From a virus, in the IMG/VR virus record IMGVR_UViG_3300036939_000021, positions 41,885 through 105,884 of that record: a DNA stretch of 64,000 nucleotides. The stretch is one strand, 5' to 3'. The notes below the pieces were generated by a model that was not told the DNA's origin, did not search any database, and saw nothing but the letters and a program-made list of their open reading frames with translations. Positions 35,001 through 43,939 of the stretch are shown piece by piece. Numbering within the stretch: position 1 is the stretch's first letter; each line of letters starts with the position of its first letter. The position numbers were made by a program, and so were the translations under genes.

Positions 35001-35674
35001 GCAATGTAAGTATTACTCCAAGCCATACAAGTGTATATATTATTACGAAATCTAAACGGGCGTGATGCCAAATCACGCATAAAATTGTTAGTAAGCTGTC
35101 TCTCTGACTCCGAGACAGTTTTTGACAAAGACCAAGTATCAACACTGGAATTATAACCATATCTTGTTCTTGTTTCTATTCCACCATTTTTACGAGTTGT
35201 AAGAGTTTTTATATTAAAACTTCTATTAGAATTATATGTAATTTCAAAAGGAAAATTAGGATAATCTTCTAATAAATCAATATCTTTAATAGAACATTCA
35301 TCAATATACCAATGATTCCACTTAGAAAATGTAAATTGTACTTTCCATAATCCAGATGCAATCTGATTAATATTCCATTTATCAGCTATATATTCTCCTA
35401 AATTATCGATGCCCAATTCCCAATTGTATGTTGTTTCTCCTACAGGTTTAGGTTTACGTAATCGCCATTCTAAAGGATTAATACCCTGATAGTTTTGAAT
35501 AATATCTACAGAACTTAGATCGGTTACGGTTCCTGATAAATTCCAAGATTCCTCTATAATTTTTCCTGTTGGTATTCCAAGAATTTCAAAACAATCACCA
35601 AGTTCTTTATTATTAGAAAAGATACTATAATTTACCGATACTCCATATTCAGGGTTAAATTGAAATTCTGGCAT
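32072..35674 (-). CDS. tail protein: two gpM-like domains fused to a putative (alpha/alpha)6 glycosidase-like domain
   Basis: N-terminal repeats resemble ORFs 23799 and 23039; APTEAQ..I...AYA..VTGD.RY..LA...LL.YFY and PG..PF motifs. Confidence 0.6.
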   Translation of the reverse strand: MPEFQFNPEYGVSVNYSIFSNNKELGDCFEILGIPTGKIIEESWNLSGTVTDLSSVDIIQNYQGINPLEWRLRKPKPVGETTYNWELGIDNLGEYIADKWNINQIASGLWKVQFTFSKWNHWYIDECSIKDIDLLEDYPNFPFEITYNSNRSFNIKTLTTRKNGGIETRTRYGYNSSVDTWSLSKTVSESERQLTNNFMRDLASRPFRFRNNIYTCMAWSNTYIAPYFWQIDLSFKRSYQPFRKSALKQAAEDYDITKTKEETLAKLQESVNDTNLDLHLNGAISWLLRWQKADYPYILNAQYVLRNSFHKVLGRGGYFPSSGAPTEAQAVITRACAYAFQVTGDVRYKNLAIACGNALLNYFYPLKIESNWTPDKGIRVPHWLITTESFVTKGKVSSDPLNYGFFDLILNFNNGITTIPNGSPNFGELLSDVYRVYPETDQLLWQNVYAEPLGGFWWDIEYWTSNILLEGVIVRYYPESSQPGGKAPTQTNENPGIIKLKTNYTGTAKVVYAAYVGAVVPANTGFEAYPMWRLLRPIEALGAIDVFPWASDAYESMTQIEPTNPIWAVAYNCNKYTEAISAEVINLTHWYKKDDVLNPFAYPGSQIVIVPKNDRIVNNSRVISGDKKDFLQVVIPTSTAQYPSIEFSNYAVTATLDDDTTVYVEVACSITTELELIISLKPNPFDFSQYYKRYLPVVANVTTIANFNKNEFILWDEAQTVWHTRIADNPIYTYKGDDGVANIVKEYPEINGIRNEVFKITLSANGNFAGAGLVTKGIAPDLLGRLPTLPFTMEYKVQGTAIIKLTIAGKEYRKTIQTTDWVKSSFQSNEFKDFDNKTPSGNIITNFEFVASPTASQVWIFWVGQEPYRLLGTLKSYKAVIVSRLKVAHTLWIGDFKPIGSPSDILPYNPGVVPFTVNVFDDGSGTRQTVEGWRGAPATGYQYPGWYVKMGYWDRLRQVLQFLEDAQEAYRQQNKNKTYGVFAPTYVWGYWDSLQLEKGQYDFFSFQGVDPNTNWEGYQIRPAESVAHAWYRMAIGEFPTNIPLPTDFEKLKAQAKKISMGFINWLSSYYLRNKKFQPPTDFYAEIDPVSNYRTIHFAAIALRMFIYANIADISGRNSSVTLRGIKASYDFLKCNFVTSGLMEGSFSRGQPIFNFNSMQLFEYFGFWHLEAVESIALLKTNVNNLRISDCCTYIKDICYF

Positions 35675-35741
35675 ATTTTATAATAAAAAAATACTAGCTC
35701 CCTAAAGCTAGTATAGAAGTGTTACCACATATTAGAACATT

Positions 35742-35954
35742 TTATCTTTTTATTGGCAAATTACAACAGGGTGTTACTAATAAAAAACAAGATTCTCTAT
35801 AATATCCATAAACTCTAAGAGAAGCATACCCAACACCACTAAGAGAGCCTAGGGGTTTATAAGAAACCTGATTAGGTATTTCAGCATCATTTATTACAGC
35901 ATAGCAATCTGTTTTTTCTAAATCTATAATTCGTTTGTGTTCTGTTGTGTGCAT
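35742..35954 (-). CDS. hypothetical protein
   Basis: ORF overlapping the upstream gene. Confidence 0.4.
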   Translation of the reverse strand: MHTTEHKRIIDLEKTDCYAVINDAEIPNQVSYKPLGSLSGVGYASLRVYGYYRESCFLLVTPCCNLPIKR

Positions 35955-36349
35955 AATTCCAGTGTTTGATTTTTCGTAAATCGATTTCCTGAGTATTCTA
36001 ATTTATTAACTTTTTCTATAAAATTTTTAAGAGGTCGTACCCAAGCTAAAGACTCTCTATTAGTTTGAGCAGCTGGATATAAAATCCAATGATTTTTTTC
36101 TTCAATCTGAACTAAATATAAATCTTCTGTTTCGCTATCTCTAGCAATAAAGTTACCGTAAATTGATATCTCTTTAAATGTGTTAAACCAGTTATCTGTA
36201 TATATTACAGGAAATTTTTTAGTAAGTTCTATATAAAAGAAATTTGCAGAGTAACTTCCAATACCAATTATCCAGTAATTTGTACCTTTAAAATGTTTCC
36301 AGTTTTCCCCGGATTTTGGAATTTCACGATCAAACATAAAAGCTATCAT
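35924..36349 (-). CDS. DUF1653-like protein
   Basis: WKHFKG..Y.IIG...SETE...Y.....WVRPL..F......RF. Confidence 0.7.
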   Translation of the reverse strand: MIAFMFDREIPKSGENWKHFKGTNYWIIGIGSYSANFFYIELTKKFPVIYTDNWFNTFKEISIYGNFIARDSETEDLYLVQIEEKNHWILYPAAQTNRESLAWVRPLKNFIEKVNKLEYSGNRFTKNQTLELCTQQNTNEL

Positions 36350-36399
36350 ATATTATTTTTATTATTATAACAGATAAGAAACACTGGAATAATACATTA

Positions 36400-36412
36400 G
36401 TGGAATATTGTA
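36400..36412 (+). promoter_or_regulatory. candidate late promoter GTGGAATATTGTA
   Basis: About 30 nt upstream of the tape measure ATG. Confidence 0.65.
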
Positions 36413-36440
36413 TTTATATATTTTAATTTTTTATTGTTAA

Positions 36441-39400
36441 ATGTCTACATCTCTTGGACGGTTAACACTAGATTTAGCCGCAGATCCGACACAACTTAAT
36501 AATGATTTAAATGCTGTTAAAGCTCATGCTCAACAGATAGCAAAAGATATAGAAAATAGTTTAAGACAAGCTTTTCAAACAGCAGGATCAGCAGCAACTA
36601 ATGCAGCAAACCAAGCTAACCGAAATAATAATACGGGTACGAGTAATAATTTTTTTTCTGGTTTAAATAATAGTTTAACAAGTTTTACTACAAATATTAG
36701 AACTACTTTTGCATCTTTACGTACTTTAAATTTTACTAATATTTTTAGAGGCTTAAAAACTTCATTTCAAAATATACCACAAATAGCCCAAAATGCTATT
36801 AGAAATTTACCAAGAATATTAAAAGCGGGTGTAGCAACTTTACCTATTGTTTTAGCTGCTGTCGGAATAGAGGCAGGAAAACGTTTAGGTCAAGGAGTAT
36901 TAAGTGCAACAAGAACAGGATTAAGCGGTTTAGGACGTTTAGCACAAAAAGCAGGAAGTACAGTAGCTAGTAGTTTTAATGCAGGTTTGGGTGCTATAGC
37001 TTTTGGTGCTTTTACAAGTGCTGGAGTTTCTGCATTTAATACCGTTACAGGTGTTATAGGAGGTGCAATTAATCAAGTTAAAGGATTTGGAGGAGAGTTA
37101 TTTAACACTTTAAAAGAAGTTCAAAAATTTGATGCACGTCTTAAAACTTTTGTAACCGATACAGAAAAACGAGCTGAACTAAATAAACGTTTAAATTCTT
37201 TTGCTGCAACCACACCTTTTGAATTAAAAGATATTCGTGAATCTGCAATAAAAAATCTCAGCACTATGGCTGATCCGTCTAAATTAAATTTAGATAAATA
37301 TATGGCAGATTTAAAAGCACTAGGAGATGTTGCAGCAGGTTCTCAACAACCAGTTGGAGAATTAGCGGATAAATTTGCTAAAGCACGTTCAGAAGGAAAA
37401 GCACAAAATGAAGATTTACAAGAATGGGCAGGTAGAGGCATACCCATTTATCAAGAGTTAGGAAAACTCTTAGGAGCTACAGCAGCAGAAGTCAGACAAA
37501 TGGCTACAGATGGAAAAGTAGATTTTGAAATGCTTTCTGCTGCTGTTAGTTCAATGACTCAAGAAGGAGGAGTATTTTTCAAAAGTATGGAAAATCAAGC
37601 TGGAACATTAGAAGGTAAAATTTCTAATATTTCAGATACTTTCTACCAATTTAAAGAACAATTAGGTAAAGCTTTTGAGCCTCTAGCTAATTTAGGCGTT
37701 GATATCTTTGGTGAAATAGTCTCAAGCCTTAAAGATTCTAAAGGTGTAATGGAAGATATTACAAAAGAAACTCAAAAACTTGCAGATTATTTTAAAGAAA
37801 ATCCAGAAATAGCAAAATCTTTAAACAAGGCACTACAAGACATTATTCGTGGTGCAATGAAAGGTCTAGTTAATGGTGTTAAAAGTTTTACAGAATTTCT
37901 AAAAGATAATCCAGATATTATAAAACAAATTGCAACCGGAATAGCTACAGTATCTAAAACTATTGCACAAGTCGTTGGATATGTTGTAGATTTAGCTTCT
38001 ACTTTTGGTGGTGCTGTTGCCGATAATATAGCAAAAAACCAGGATTTAATTACTGGAATAATAAATATAATTCGGGATATTGTTGATAAAGCAATAGAAA
38101 TTGCTTCAGTTTTTGGTAACACGATTCTTAATGCTGTAAATGAAAATAATTTTCTCATTGAAGGAATGAGAAATATTGTTACAGCCATTTTAGATTTATG
38201 GTATCAACATAAAGATACTTTATTATTAATTGCACAATCTATCGGCTCTCTTGTAGTAACAGCTTTAAAAGTTGTTATAGATTTAGTTTTAGGTATTCTT
38301 AATTATCTTAAAGAACATCCAGCAATTATACAAACTATAGTTAAAACAGTACAATTTCTTTCTGCAATATTTGAAGGAATTCTTAAAACTATTGGTTTAT
38401 TACTTCAGGGTTTAGGTTGGGTGATAGAGAAAGTTACTCAATGGGTAGCAGCTAATCAACCAATACAAACATTTTTTGATGGTGTTAGTACAGCAGTCAC
38501 CGGAATAATAACCGGAATGGATAATATTATTGCAAAAACTTTTGATTGGTTAAAAAAATTAGAACCTGTTCAAAAAGCTTTAGAGTGGATAGGTAATTTA
38601 AGTAATAGTGGTGGTGATAATAGTGGTAATGAGAATAATGGAGAAGTTCAAGATATAGGTAATTCCATGAATGGGATGCTTAATACTATGGGAGGGAGTT
38701 TTGATCCTTTTGCTGGTGGTTCTAATTCTTTTGCTGCCAAAGTTGTAGGACATAGCGAAGGGAACAGAACTGCTACAGGCGGTTTTAATGCTAGTTATAA
38801 AGGACATAGCGATCCTGGTAATGCTCAACATAACGTGGGTAGTTTCAGTATGCAAACTGGAACTCATGGAATGAAATCACCCGAACAAGCTGATATATAT
38901 TGGCAAGGAAAACTAAAAGGTGTATGGAATCAGTTCGTACAAGCCGCACAAAAAGCAGGATTAGATCCAAACAATCCAACACTTGCAGCAAATTTTTTAG
39001 ATTTGTATACTCAATCTCCTGCTGCTGCTGTAGAAGGTATGACATCTTTTATTAATAATCTTGACAAAATTAAAGCAGGTGGAGGAACAGAAGAAGCAAT
39101 ATTAAAAACACGATTAGCGGCATTTCATAATAGTGCTGGAAGATTAGAAGCATGGACAGATATAGGAGGTTTAACAGCAGATCAAAAAAGAAGAATGTCA
39201 GCATTACAAGCAGCGATGCCTAATGCCACTAAAGGTATGCAAATGAGTAGTAGTGGAGGATTAGAAAATTTTCCTGAAAAAAATACAGGTAGCAGACGTG
39301 GTGGGAAAACTATAGCTCATCCAAGTGGTGGATTAACTATACATGATTCCGCTGGTGGAACTATCGATAAATATAGTCAGCTAACGGTACATCATCCTAG

Positions 39401-42400
39401 TAGAGGAACTAGAGGTAGAGAATCCGGACGGAATTATTTAGATATTGGTGGACGTTTAGAAGAAGCAAGAATAGGTGGTGATGTAGCTGGTGGTGTTCCT
39501 CATATTAAAAAAGATTTTGTATTAGAGGATAAAAATGGAAGTCTTGATGTAGGTATGCCAGCACCTACATCAGGTATTGTTTCTGCTATTTATCCAGAAG
39601 TAGGAGCTGTTGTAATTGGAGACGGTAAAGGAGGACGTAAAGGTGCTGCTCTACATATGAAAAATATTAGAGTAAAAGTAGGGGATAGAGTTTCTTATGG
39701 TCAGATAATTGGTACACAGTCTTATACAGGTAGTGAAGCTGTACACGCTCACGTAGAACTACCATTAAATGAATTTCCTAGATATATTGCAGATTTAAGA
39801 TCAGGTCGTTTTGGTTCAGCTCCAGAATCTTCTAATTCCGATGATAAAAGTTTAGGTAACTTTAACGAAAGAGGTACTGGTAGTAACAAACCTTCTAATA
39901 AAACTACACCAAAAGTTAGCAGTTCAAGTGGAGGTTCTAGAGTTGCTGCTGCTACGAGTACAAGTAATGTTAGTGGTACTTCTTCTAGTAAAAGTTCTGT
40001 TTCTAGCTCTAGCACTACAAGTAATAGCAGTGGAGGTCTTGTAGCACCTAAAGTAAGCTCTATCACAGTATCGCCTCAAGCTAAAAGAGATTTACTTACC
40101 GCTCGTCAAAAAGAACAAGAAAAATCTTATAAAGAGATTGCTGATGAAATAGCATTCTCTCAACGTACTGGTAATGCTCAACAAAAACAACAACGAGAAT
40201 TAGAAGATACAGCAAGAAAGCGTCAAACAGAAGAAGTAAAAGCCAGATTACAATTACAGATAGCTAAAGCAGAATCACCGGAAGCTAAGAAAATTTTAGA
40301 GAAAAATCTTCAACAGTTTGATGTTGACACTAAATATGAAGACGAACTCAAAAAATTACAACGTCAACGAGAAGATTTAGTAAAATCTCAACAAAATAAA
40401 ATAGCCGCTATTAAAAAAGCAGAAGAACGTAAAAACGAATTTATAGAACAAAAACGAAAAGCGGGTGAAGAATATACACCAGCAGATTTAGAAAAATTCA
40501 AAGTAACACCTGATGAAGGTGCAATGATGGATTTCTCAAAAGCAATCAAAGACGTTGATAAAATGATTGCTTCTCAGAAAACTTTAAAAGAATTAGAACT
40601 CCAAACCCTTGGAATAAGTGAATCTATCGAAGAACGTCAGGAACGACGTGCTAAACAACGAGAACGTGATATAGAACAACTTAAACGTCAAAGTGCTATT
40701 GAAATTGATAGTTTGAAAAAACTGGAATCTTCGGTAACTGATGAAGATTTAAAAAAACAAATACAAGAAAAATTATCTAAAACTGAATTACAACTTAATG
40801 CAAAAATAGAGCTAATGCCAATTGATGACCAATTGGAAGATTTACAGTTAGCATTATCAGAAGTACTTGCAGCAGGAATTAAAAAAGATGCACCAGAAGC
40901 ACAAGAAATACAAAAACAAATAGACGAATTAAATAAACAAAAAGCAGAAATAGCTAGAAAATCAGGATTAGATTTAACCCTCTTAGAAAACGAGCGTAAG
41001 CAAGCTGATATAGAACGAGAACGTGAAAAGAAAGCCGAAACTAATGCTTTAACACATCGTACTAAAATAGCTGAAATTGATAGTAAAATTACTTCAGCTC
41101 GTTCTGATACGGAAAGAGCTACTTTAGAATTTGAAAAAGAAAGATTAAGTTTATTACAAGAACAATCAGAAGAACAACAACCTCTATTAGATAAATTAGC
41201 TGATTTACAAAAAGATAAATCAACACTCTTAGGAAACGGTATTAAAGAATCATCGGAGGAAATGAAAATCCTTAATGATTCCATTGGTACTGTTACTCAG
41301 CAATTACTTTTATTACAAAAAGAAGGTAAGACAGCTTTAGGCACTCTTACTAAAGAATCTCAAAAAGCTATAGATGAAGCTAAACGTGCTGACTCTAGCA
41401 GATTATTAGAAAAAGAATCTTTACTATCAGGTAGCGATCTCAAATCTTCACGTTTAGAACAAATGCGTGAAAGAGATGCTGATCCATATAAAACATCAGC
41501 TTTCGAGAAAGAGATAGCAGCATCACAAGAAGCATTACGCTATCGTCAAGAAATGTTAGACATTGAAGAGAGAATAGCAAGTTTTCGTGATACTAATGCA
41601 GAATTATCGGTAACAGAAGAAAACCAACTCCGGAATAATGCAAGAGCAATTCATGAAATTAATTTAGAAAAAGTAAATGATAACGTCAGAACACTTGGAA
41701 AAGATTTAAGTAGTATAGGTAAAGGTGCTGTTAAAGATTTTTTTGGTCAGTTAGTTTCTGGCAGTATGGACTTTAACAGTATTATGCAAAATATAATTTC
41801 TCAAATAGGTAATCTTGCGGTAGAACTTATTCAATCACATATTTTCGGAGAAGATGGATGGTTTGGTAAAAAATCTAAAAAAGAAGAAAAATCTGGGGGT
41901 GGTTTCTTAAGTGGGTTATTAGATGGCTCTCAAACACCCTCTAGCTTATTAGGTGGAAGTGGAGCGGGTGCAAGTCCTCTACAACCTGCTTTTGTGTCTG
42001 TAGTAGGCAGTGGAGGAGGTATAGGAGGATTGATAGGAGGTGCTACAGGTACAAGTAGCTTTGGAGGTGGAACCGATTTTATTAGTGCAATATTTGGTGG
42101 AGGAGGTTCTATTAATAAAACCAATCCCTTACCGATAGATATGGTTAGCGCTGATAAAAATGCCTTTAGCGGTCTAGGGGATATCTTCTCTGGTATCTTT
42201 GGAGGTGGCTCTAGTGGAGGTCTAGGAGGGATGCTAGGGGGATTATTCGGAGGAGCTACCGGGGGATCTACAAGCTCACCTGGAGGAGGATTATTTGGAA
42301 GTATTCTTGGAATCTTACCTAGTATTTTTGGATTTGCTGATGGTGGAAGAGTTCAAGGTGTAAAAATAGATAAACTTCCTAATCCAAGCGAAAATCCTAT

Positions 42401-42740
42401 TGCAAAAGCTCTTAGAGCCGAAAGTATCGCAAGTGGTCAAAAACCTATTCTTGCTGTACTTCATGAAGGCGAATTAGTTCTTAATCGAGAACAACAACAA
42501 AGAGCAGGTATTTTTGATGTTCCTAGATTTGATAATGGTGGACGTGTTGGTAATAATAGTATGAGTTTTGGAAATACAAATAATAATAATATTAATATGA
42601 GTTTTAATGTCGGTGAAGGTGTTGATAATTCCGGATTAGACGTAAATATGATCCGTGCTGTCGTAAATAACGAAATTATTAGACAGCAAGGATCAGGAGG
42701 AAGTTTAGGACGTGGTTCTTATTCCAGACGTGGGAGATAA
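36441..42740 (+). CDS. tape measure protein with lysozyme-like and M23 peptidase domains
   Basis: LGRLTLDL N-terminus; FAATTPFEL..LGDVAAG..GIPIY..L tape-measure domain; VGHSEG..GHSDPGN; HM..I.VKVGDRV..GQIIG..TG...HAH.E (M23); FADGG..AVLHEGELVL. Confidence 0.92.
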   Translation: MSTSLGRLTLDLAADPTQLNNDLNAVKAHAQQIAKDIENSLRQAFQTAGSAATNAANQANRNNNTGTSNNFFSGLNNSLTSFTTNIRTTFASLRTLNFTNIFRGLKTSFQNIPQIAQNAIRNLPRILKAGVATLPIVLAAVGIEAGKRLGQGVLSATRTGLSGLGRLAQKAGSTVASSFNAGLGAIAFGAFTSAGVSAFNTVTGVIGGAINQVKGFGGELFNTLKEVQKFDARLKTFVTDTEKRAELNKRLNSFAATTPFELKDIRESAIKNLSTMADPSKLNLDKYMADLKALGDVAAGSQQPVGELADKFAKARSEGKAQNEDLQEWAGRGIPIYQELGKLLGATAAEVRQMATDGKVDFEMLSAAVSSMTQEGGVFFKSMENQAGTLEGKISNISDTFYQFKEQLGKAFEPLANLGVDIFGEIVSSLKDSKGVMEDITKETQKLADYFKENPEIAKSLNKALQDIIRGAMKGLVNGVKSFTEFLKDNPDIIKQIATGIATVSKTIAQVVGYVVDLASTFGGAVADNIAKNQDLITGIINIIRDIVDKAIEIASVFGNTILNAVNENNFLIEGMRNIVTAILDLWYQHKDTLLLIAQSIGSLVVTALKVVIDLVLGILNYLKEHPAIIQTIVKTVQFLSAIFEGILKTIGLLLQGLGWVIEKVTQWVAANQPIQTFFDGVSTAVTGIITGMDNIIAKTFDWLKKLEPVQKALEWIGNLSNSGGDNSGNENNGEVQDIGNSMNGMLNTMGGSFDPFAGGSNSFAAKVVGHSEGNRTATGGFNASYKGHSDPGNAQHNVGSFSMQTGTHGMKSPEQADIYWQGKLKGVWNQFVQAAQKAGLDPNNPTLAANFLDLYTQSPAAAVEGMTSFINNLDKIKAGGGTEEAILKTRLAAFHNSAGRLEAWTDIGGLTADQKRRMSALQAAMPNATKGMQMSSSGGLENFPEKNTGSRRGGKTIAHPSGGLTIHDSAGGTIDKYSQLTVHHPSRGTRGRESGRNYLDIGGRLEEARIGGDVAGGVPHIKKDFVLEDKNGSLDVGMPAPTSGIVSAIYPEVGAVVIGDGKGGRKGAALHMKNIRVKVGDRVSYGQIIGTQSYTGSEAVHAHVELPLNEFPRYIADLRSGRFGSAPESSNSDDKSLGNFNERGTGSNKPSNKTTPKVSSSSGGSRVAAATSTSNVSGTSSSKSSVSSSSTTSNSSGGLVAPKVSSITVSPQAKRDLLTARQKEQEKSYKEIADEIAFSQRTGNAQQKQQRELEDTARKRQTEEVKARLQLQIAKAESPEAKKILEKNLQQFDVDTKYEDELKKLQRQREDLVKSQQNKIAAIKKAEERKNEFIEQKRKAGEEYTPADLEKFKVTPDEGAMMDFSKAIKDVDKMIASQKTLKELELQTLGISESIEERQERRAKQRERDIEQLKRQSAIEIDSLKKLESSVTDEDLKKQIQEKLSKTELQLNAKIELMPIDDQLEDLQLALSEVLAAGIKKDAPEAQEIQKQIDELNKQKAEIARKSGLDLTLLENERKQADIEREREKKAETNALTHRTKIAEIDSKITSARSDTERATLEFEKERLSLLQEQSEEQQPLLDKLADLQKDKSTLLGNGIKESSEEMKILNDSIGTVTQQLLLLQKEGKTALGTLTKESQKAIDEAKRADSSRLLEKESLLSGSDLKSSRLEQMRERDADPYKTSAFEKEIAASQEALRYRQEMLDIEERIASFRDTNAELSVTEENQLRNNARAIHEINLEKVNDNVRTLGKDLSSIGKGAVKDFFGQLVSGSMDFNSIMQNIISQIGNLAVELIQSHIFGEDGWFGKKSKKEEKSGGGFLSGLLDGSQTPSSLLGGSGAGASPLQPAFVSVVGSGGGIGGLIGGATGTSSFGGGTDFISAIFGGGGSINKTNPLPIDMVSADKNAFSGLGDIFSGIFGGGSSGGLGGMLGGLFGGATGGSTSSPGGGLFGSILGILPSIFGFADGGRVQGVKIDKLPNPSENPIAKALRAESIASGQKPILAVLHEGELVLNREQQQRAGIFDVPRFDNGGRVGNNSMSFGNTNNNNINMSFNVGEGVDNSGLDVNMIRAVVNNEIIRQQGSGGSLGRGSYSRRGR

Positions 42741-42742
42741 AG

Positions 42743-42985
42743 CTATTTTAAATATATAGCTTTAACGATGTCTAAAGATTGTTTTTGTTTTTCATCAAGC
42801 CAATCTATATTTTCATGCTCACCTTGATAAGTTCCTGATAAAGCATTAAGTCCTATTTCTACGAGATCACATCCAGAAATATCATCATATCCTGTTCCAT
42901 TATTTCCAGAAACAACAATTCGAGTCTCCGAGTCTAAACCTTCAAGCAATTTTTGTAATTTACCAACTGTTAGATATTCTTTCAT
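42743..42985 (-). CDS. hypothetical early protein
   Basis: LTVGKL...L..LD pattern common in phage small proteins; own promoter. Confidence 0.7.
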   Translation of the reverse strand: MKEYLTVGKLQKLLEGLDSETRIVVSGNNGTGYDDISGCDLVEIGLNALSGTYQGEHENIDWLDEKQKQSLDIVKAIYLK

Positions 42986-43020
42986 TTTCTATAATCCTTC
43001 GATTTTCTACTTACTTCTTA

Positions 43021-43049
43021 ATTTTAACTATAAAAATCTAAGATGTCAA
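43021..43049 (-). promoter_or_regulatory. phage early promoter (repeat family)
   Basis: TTGACATCTTAGATTTTTATAGT-TAAAAT. Confidence 0.85.
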
Positions 43050-43157
43050 CAAAAGCTATAATTTTTATTTTATTCCCATTTTATTTCTAAATTCTTACGT
43101 TTTAACATTTTTATCAATTCTTAAAAAAAATATCTTGATGATAACAGCTAGAAGTAA

Positions 43158-43340
43158 TTATTTTATGTAATCACTAAAAGTTTTATTCAATAAATAATAT
43201 TTCATATCATAACTTTTAATCTCTTTTAAATGCTTTTTACAGCAATGTAATAAATTTATCTCTCCCTCATATTCAGCAACAGCCAGAGATAGCCTACCGT
43301 CTTCTTTACAGATATCACAAAAAGGTATAGTAACTTTCAT
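43158..43340 (-). CDS. small zinc-binding protein (tandem paralogue 2)
   Basis: IPFCDIC..GRLSLAVAEY...LHCCKKHL. Confidence 0.65.
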   Translation of the reverse strand: MKVTIPFCDICKEDGRLSLAVAEYEGEINLLHCCKKHLKEIKSYDMKYYLLNKTFSDYIK

Positions 43341-43342
43341 AT

Positions 43343-43534
43343 TTATTTTAGATAATTAATAAGAGTTTTATTCAATAACCAATAATAGGAGTATTTTTCT
43401 TTAATTTCGATTAAATGTGTTATACAACAATGTAAAACTTTTAGATCATTATCGTATTCTGTATATTCAGCAACGCCTAAAGATAAACGTCCTTTTATTG
43501 CACATTGATTACAAATTGGAATGTTAACCTGCAT
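43343..43534 (-). CDS. small zinc-binding protein (tandem paralogue 1)
   Basis: IPICNQC..GRLSLGVAEY...LHCCITHL. Confidence 0.65.
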   Translation of the reverse strand: MQVNIPICNQCAIKGRLSLGVAEYTEYDNDLKVLHCCITHLIEIKEKYSYYWLLNKTLINYLK

Positions 43535-43935
43535 TATTCTTTTAATCCTCGATTAGCTATAATACTCCCTCTTCCTGCACAAGATTGGGAGCAATATTTA
43601 TCTTGTTTTCCTTTTAAATCTCTACAGCAAACTACACAACTTTTACCATTAAATTTTCTATTAATTGCTATTGCTTCTCCATAACATTTTTTTGAACAAT
43701 ACTTATTCTTAAGAACTTTATTTTCTTCTCCACATATTAAACATTTTGGCTTTTCTTTTGGTATGCGTCTTTCTTTTCGTATTTGTTGTTTAAACTTTTT
43801 TTTATCTTTTTTCTTCAAAATTACTTTTTCTTGTGATAAAACTTTTATTTTAACAGGCTCTTGATTTGTTTTCTTTTTTGCTTCTATCCGCTCTAGAGCA
43901 TCTAACTTGCGAATTTCTGTATAATCAATATTCAT
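43534..43935 (-). CDS. basic protein with two CxxC...KYCSxxC zinc fingers
   Basis: CLICG..KYCSKKC and CVVC..KYCSQSC. Confidence 0.7.
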   Translation of the reverse strand: MNIDYTEIRKLDALERIEAKKKTNQEPVKIKVLSQEKVILKKKDKKKFKQQIRKERRIPKEKPKCLICGEENKVLKNKYCSKKCYGEAIAINRKFNGKSCVVCCRDLKGKQDKYCSQSCAGRGSIIANRGLKE

Positions 43936-43939
43936 AGTC

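Noticed and set aside
37787-42124. Minus-strand ORFs inside the tape measure gene (e.g. 40688..41284, 37787..38188, 39749..40066)
   Set aside because: Fully antisense to a well-supported gene, with Ser/Leu/Phe-rich shadow composition and no motifs.
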